A stretch of 64,000 bases of DNA, taken from assembly GCA_035710125.1 (NCBI GenBank), contig DASTDY010000063.1, forward strand, positions 22,446 through 86,445, read 5' to 3'. The notes under the pieces are model-generated. The model saw only the letters and a program-made list of their open reading frames with translations, had not been told where the DNA came from and made no database searches. The translations under genes and the position numbers were made by a program. The stretch is from Candidatus Saccharimonadales bacterium (GTDB lineage Bacteria; Patescibacteriota; Saccharimonadia; Saccharimonadales; EFPC-124). Of the stretch, positions 63,937-64,000 are shown in pieces (within the stretch, counting starts at the first letter, position 1; each line of letters starts with the position of its first letter).

Positions 63937-64000
63937 GGTATGCGATTGCCCTTTTGTGTCGGTTATTTGGCGGGCCGAGGTTTTAACGCTAGATAAATCT

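Overview
Gene-dense bacterial chromosome segment using the standard genetic code. Background G+C is roughly 45-50% in hand-counted 60-nt samples. The gene set looks like a reduced Patescibacteria/CPR genome, most plausibly Saccharibacteria (inference only). It includes many single-TM-anchored hypothetical ectoproteins, stand-alone receiver/histidine-kinase pairs, an RRM RNA-binding protein, an archaeal-size AspRS, an EndoQ-like nuclease, a trimmed F1Fo ATP synthase and very large surface proteins, with almost no biosynthesis. Left to right: partial GT4 glycosyltransferase; two HK/REC pairs; Mur ligase; Crp/Fnr regulator; AbrB-MFS pair; iron permease; RRM protein; Fur; orphan Cys-cluster protein; CorA; DsbA-like oxidoreductase; DUF21-CBS protein; AspRS; MazG-like protein; MutY-like glycosylase; MscS; TsaC; ABC-2 exporter; an EndoQ-like nuclease coupled to a short UvrD-like helicase; an accessory region (29.2-33.9 kb) ending at a CAU-anticodon tRNA; trehalase; FtsB-like protein; initiator tRNA; a 904-aa beta-helix/FG-GAP secreted protein; a thiol-redox operon (flavoprotein disulfide reductase, ATP-cone, CcdA, ectoprotein); P-type ATPase; tRNA-Met followed by a ~3-kb island closed by a tRNA 3' fragment; Ldh_2 dehydrogenase; Nudix hydrolase; a ~1,892-aa surface protein; and an atp operon (c-like ORF, then F, H, A, G, D, C). 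Most notable observations: (1) five short, sharply bounded GC-rich patches (about 58-68% in hand-counted samples) that look like actinobacterial DNA domesticated behind native AT-rich promoters, some abutting tRNA genes; (2) a tandem triplicated ectoprotein family whose middle copy is split by a frame change at a T5 run; (3) all three CAU-anticodon tRNAs lie within 13 kb, each next to foreign-looking DNA; (4) an operon-encoded NAD(P)H-disulfide reductase/ATP-cone/CcdA relay; (5) a c-subunit-like ORF in the atpE position with no membrane carboxylate. I recognised no CRISPR array, rRNA, transposase, integrase or reverse transcriptase. All family assignments come from motif recognition by eye and need HMM/BLAST confirmation.
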